This document shows positions 56,137 through 59,074 of a stretch of DNA of 59,074 nt, one piece after another. The notes beneath the pieces were generated by a model that ran no database searches, had not been told where the DNA came from, and saw nothing but the letters and a program-made list of their open reading frames with translations. The position numbers and the translations under genes are program-made. This stretch comes from an uncultured archaeon. GTDB taxonomy: Archaea; Aenigmatarchaeota; Aenigmatarchaeia; CG10238-14. Positions within the stretch are counted from its first letter, which is position 1. Every line of letters begins with the position of its first letter. The stretch lies in NCBI GenBank assembly GCA_964347415.1, contig CAYFYJ010000003.1, forward strand, positions 1-59,074. The letters are read 5' to 3'.

Positions 56137-58478
56137 TAAAGATGAAAAAAGGTATTGGTCCAGTCATTTTAATTATAATCATACCAATAGTTCTAATCGT
56201 TGAAGGTGTGGTGGTTAGCACCGTTTTCAAGAAAGAAAGATTAGAACTCAGGCAGTTGCTAGAGGCGTCTTTGATATCCAAATCAGACAAGGTTGAAACT
56301 TACGTCAGGTCATTCATGGGTGCTACAGACCTCTCATCTGTTCAGGGTTTGGACGCTTTCGGCACAAGTCAGATAGTCCTTCCTTATGATTTCGATTCAA
56401 CTTATCATCGCACTTACAATATGTCTTATTGGCAAATTTACGACACAAAATTGATACCGCCCAGAGAGGTTTTACTTAACAAGACTAGACAAAAAACTGC
56501 TTGGGTTTCAAGTTGCTATCTCGAGAATTACATGAAAAGTTATGATTCATTCTCTGAGGAAGTAAGGATGAGTGGGGCCCCTAGACTCACTGTTGGTTAC
56601 ATAACTGATAGTACAATCCTTGTGAAACTCTCAGATAACGTGGGTGACCTCGAGGCTACTCTTTCAGGAGAGTTTGGGTGGGAGGGAGAGACAAGTGAAA
56701 TAGATATAAAAAGACATTTCAGGCCTTATTCTTTGATGTATACAGAATTTGGAAAGATTGTAGAAACAGCTGAAAATATTATATATGATGATACACTCGG
56801 AAAATTGATAAGGAATGAAACGCCGGGTTATTACCACGATATGAGCAGTCAGGCTATGGCTCAAGATGAACTGGATAAATTGGCCAATGATCTGTTAGAT
56901 TCTAATATGAGAGTGATACTAAAGATACCAGACGCAAATTATAATTATGCGGCTGGATCGGCCGCAGCTATAATCAACGTTACGATTTATGATAGTTCTA
57001 TGAATTATACTCTTTATGATTTTCCAACAGATAGAGTAACGGTTAAATATCTTGGTGTGAATTTCCTGGTTAAAGTGGGAGATACAGGTTTAATCAGTAA
57101 TGCGGACGAGGAAGAGGCCCAAAATCTACCTGAATTCAGATCTTGTGCTTCAGACCTAGGAATAATAAGTCCTAAGAGCAATATCTGTGATTTCTTCAAT
57201 GGGTCCGATGATGTCTGTAACCCAAAGACTTGTAATGATCCTGATTCTCTCAGCCCAAATAAATACTCGATAGAGGGCACGTGTGAAGATTTTACTGGCG
57301 AGTATACAGACCTATGTTTTGATTCGGATGCTGATGGTATTACTGAGAGTCTCTACGAGTATGACTGCTATTCAACTTCTGAAATCTGTTATTACATAGA
57401 GTATAGATGTGGATCAGACAATTGTACGGATGGAGGCTGTATAATTGCATGTACTTCTGATCCAGATTGTGATGATGGTAAGATTTGTACTGGAGTTGAA
57501 GCCTTTAATGGTATAGACAAATGTATGAATCCAGGCGATGATGATGCGTATTGTGAAAATCCTCCTTTACCGGATACCTATATCCCCCCAAACACAGACG
57601 GTATTTGGGGTACGGAGGATGATTGTGACAGAATGACGAGGACTTGTCCGATTGCAGGGGATTGCACACAAAATTGTCAGGGTGTTGGAGATACTTGGAT
57701 GTGCGATGGTCCTCCGGATACAGAATGTATTAATCCTTGTGATGGATTTGGAAATTGTGATGTTTGCACACCTCCAGCATGTGCTCAAGAGGACTGTGGA
57801 TGTAACGACGATACCTATTGTGTAGCTAAGTTTGGTCCAGGATATAAATGTAAGTTGAGCACTCATCAATGTACATTGGATGAATGTGATAGTGTCTTTG
57901 ACTGTACTGATCCAAAGACTGATTGTCAGTATTGGACCTGTGATCGTCCACTGGATCCAGATTCAGAGTGTATACTGAACAATCATCCTGATACTTATAT
58001 TCCTCCTGGCAATACTTGCGGAGAAGATGAAAGGTCATGTCCTGGCGAATGTAAAGATATCAAATTTGAATACAGGGACCCTGTAGGTGCTACTGTGAAA
58101 TGTGCGAGAGAGTGTGATGGAAGTGGTGGTTGTAAACCTTCATGCACACCACCTGATTGTTCCTACACTTCTATTGAGGAATGTCTGTATGGATGTAAAA
58201 ATACTATTAATTGTTGGCAGGGATATTATTGTCCTGCAAAAACGTGTGGTGACACGTGTTGTTTAGCATGCATTGGAACAAGTTGTACGACATGGTCAGG
58301 ATGTTTAAGGGAGGATATGGCGGGACCACAGACCTGTACATGGACAGATAAATGGGATGATTTAGGGTGTCTTATATTTGGTTGCGGTCCAGGAGAATGG
58401 TGTGAGTGGCCATGTTGTGTGACAGATAGAACATGTACTGAGACTTGTAGTTATAGTGACATGTGTACTTATGCATGA
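56133..58478 (+). CDS. Large (about 780 aa) class III-signal protein with hyper-cysteine-rich C-terminal half
   Basis: MKKGIGPVILIIIIPIVLIVEG (ATG 56142 likely). The last roughly 440 aa contain about 63 Cys by hand count. An internal duplicated module is marked by PDTYIPPNT...CP..C...CDGFGNCDVCTPPAC and PDTYIPPGNT...CPGEC...CDGSGGCKPSCTPPDC. Confidence 0.65.
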   Translation: MIKMKKGIGPVILIIIIPIVLIVEGVVVSTVFKKERLELRQLLEASLISKSDKVETYVRSFMGATDLSSVQGLDAFGTSQIVLPYDFDSTYHRTYNMSYWQIYDTKLIPPREVLLNKTRQKTAWVSSCYLENYMKSYDSFSEEVRMSGAPRLTVGYITDSTILVKLSDNVGDLEATLSGEFGWEGETSEIDIKRHFRPYSLMYTEFGKIVETAENIIYDDTLGKLIRNETPGYYHDMSSQAMAQDELDKLANDLLDSNMRVILKIPDANYNYAAGSAAAIINVTIYDSSMNYTLYDFPTDRVTVKYLGVNFLVKVGDTGLISNADEEEAQNLPEFRSCASDLGIISPKSNICDFFNGSDDVCNPKTCNDPDSLSPNKYSIEGTCEDFTGEYTDLCFDSDADGITESLYEYDCYSTSEICYYIEYRCGSDNCTDGGCIIACTSDPDCDDGKICTGVEAFNGIDKCMNPGDDDAYCENPPLPDTYIPPNTDGIWGTEDDCDRMTRTCPIAGDCTQNCQGVGDTWMCDGPPDTECINPCDGFGNCDVCTPPACAQEDCGCNDDTYCVAKFGPGYKCKLSTHQCTLDECDSVFDCTDPKTDCQYWTCDRPLDPDSECILNNHPDTYIPPGNTCGEDERSCPGECKDIKFEYRDPVGATVKCARECDGSGGCKPSCTPPDCSYTSIEECLYGCKNTINCWQGYYCPAKTCGDTCCLACIGTSCTTWSGCLREDMAGPQTCTWTDKWDDLGCLIFGCGPGEWCEWPCCVTDRTCTETCSYSDMCTYA

Positions 58479-58537
58479 TCATCTCAAATGTTTGAATTAG
58501 TTATTGTGTTTTTAGGCAGGCCAAATTAATAACAAAT

Positions 58538-58552
58538 TATTTATTTAAGGAA
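58538..58552 (+). promoter_or_regulatory. Putative TATA element TATTTATTTAAGGAA, 30 nt upstream of the pilin ATG
   Basis: The same 15-mer occurs at the same distance (30 nt) upstream of the paralogous gene, at 58902..58916. Confidence 0.4.
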
Positions 58553-58567
58553 GTGTAAATTATTTTC

Positions 58568-58894
58568 ATGAGTAAAGGAATAGCCATCAACACGATTCTG
58601 TATTTGCTTTTAGGGGTACTAGTGGTTGGGATAGTGGTTTACTTGGTTTACACTTATGCGACTGGTTCAGGTATGGACATACAGGACTGTAGAACAAGAG
58701 TTCAAAACTGGTGTAATGGCTGTCAGATAGCTGGCTGGCCCGCTGGTTTTGGAAGCAAGGCGGTTGATAGTGATATAGGAACGTGTATCAGTGATTTTTT
58801 TGCCACAGGTACTATCAACCCTCTAGGTATAGACTGTAACCAAACGTACAGTACTCCCGGTGATACTAAAGACTTCTGTGGACAATTAACCTAA
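58568..58894 (+). CDS. Cysteine-containing type IV pilin-like protein (paralog c)
   Basis: MSKGIAINTILYLLLGVLVVGIVVYLVY is a class III-like signal. Followed by DCRTRVQNWCNGC and three further Cys. Confidence 0.65.
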   Translation: MSKGIAINTILYLLLGVLVVGIVVYLVYTYATGSGMDIQDCRTRVQNWCNGCQIAGWPAGFGSKAVDSDIGTCISDFFATGTINPLGIDCNQTYSTPGDTKDFCGQLT

Positions 58895-58901
58895 TGAAAA
58901 A

Positions 58902-58916
58902 TATTTATTTAAGGAA
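58902..58916 (+). promoter_or_regulatory. Putative TATA element, second copy
   Basis: TATTTATTTAAGGAA lies 30 nt upstream of ATG 58932. Confidence 0.4.
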
Positions 58917-58931
58917 AAGGAAAGTATTGGT

Positions 58932-59074
58932 ATGAGCAAAGGAATAGCTATTCAAACGATTCTGTATTTATTGATAGGGGTACTAGTGGTTGGGATAGTG
59001 GTTTACTTGGTTTACAGTTATGTAATGAATCCAATGTTACCCGAGACACAGTGTAGGACATTAGCAACCGCATG
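58932..59074 (+). CDS. Type IV pilin-like protein (paralog d), 3' end cut by window edge
   Basis: MSKGIAIQTILYLLIGVLVVGIVVYLVYSYVMNPMLPETQCRTLATA... A 42-bp stretch (58975..59016) is identical to 58611..58652 in paralog c. Confidence 0.6.
   Translation, partial: MSKGIAIQTILYLLIGVLVVGIVVYLVYSYVMNPMLPETQCRTLATA

Noticed and set aside
42409-59074. Archaellum (motility) operon
   Set aside because: No ArlH (KaiC-like), ArlF/G, ArlC/D/E or ArlX homologues are recognisable. The pilin-like products are highly heterogeneous and cysteine-rich rather than archaellin-like. An adhesive type IV pilus-like system fits better.
1-59074. Search by eye for tRNA, rRNA, transposase, integrase, restriction-modification, toxin-antitoxin or cas genes
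   Set aside because: I recognised none. The only GC-rich structured intergenic island is the SRP RNA. A tRNAscan/Infernal run is needed to exclude small RNAs formally.

Overview
AT-rich, gene-dense archaeal window. Archaeal markers are exosome Rrp42, r-protein L39e, GatD/GatE, RNA polymerase subunit L, Dph2/Dph5, Trm5 and an archaeal-type SRP RNA. The compact housekeeping proteins (832-aa SMC, 481-aa GatE) suggest, by inference only, a reduced-genome uncultivated lineage such as DPANN. The left two thirds (1-37.9 kb) mixes housekeeping genes with a compact MbhH-to-MbhN-like group 4 [NiFe] hydrogenase cluster plus its maturation protease, a secreted GH5 glycosidase, several membrane proteases and a tandem array of four paralogous membrane/coiled-coil proteins. 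The right third (about 39.5 kb to the window end) is the most unusual part. A divergent five-gene operon (two coiled-coil proteins plus three more members of the same membrane-protein family) faces an 18-gene same-strand type IV pilus-like locus. That locus has an N-terminally extended secretion ATPase, a FlaJ/TadC-like platform protein and 16 N-terminally anchored proteins. Several of these have KG-type class III (prepilin-like) signal peptides, and they include extremely cysteine-rich 1120-aa and 781-aa surface proteins, a beta-propeller fusion and duplicated cysteine-rich pilin genes with duplicated promoters. I recognised no tRNA, rRNA, CRISPR array, transposase or integrase by eye. All calls rest on reading the translated ORFs and motifs; no database search was possible.
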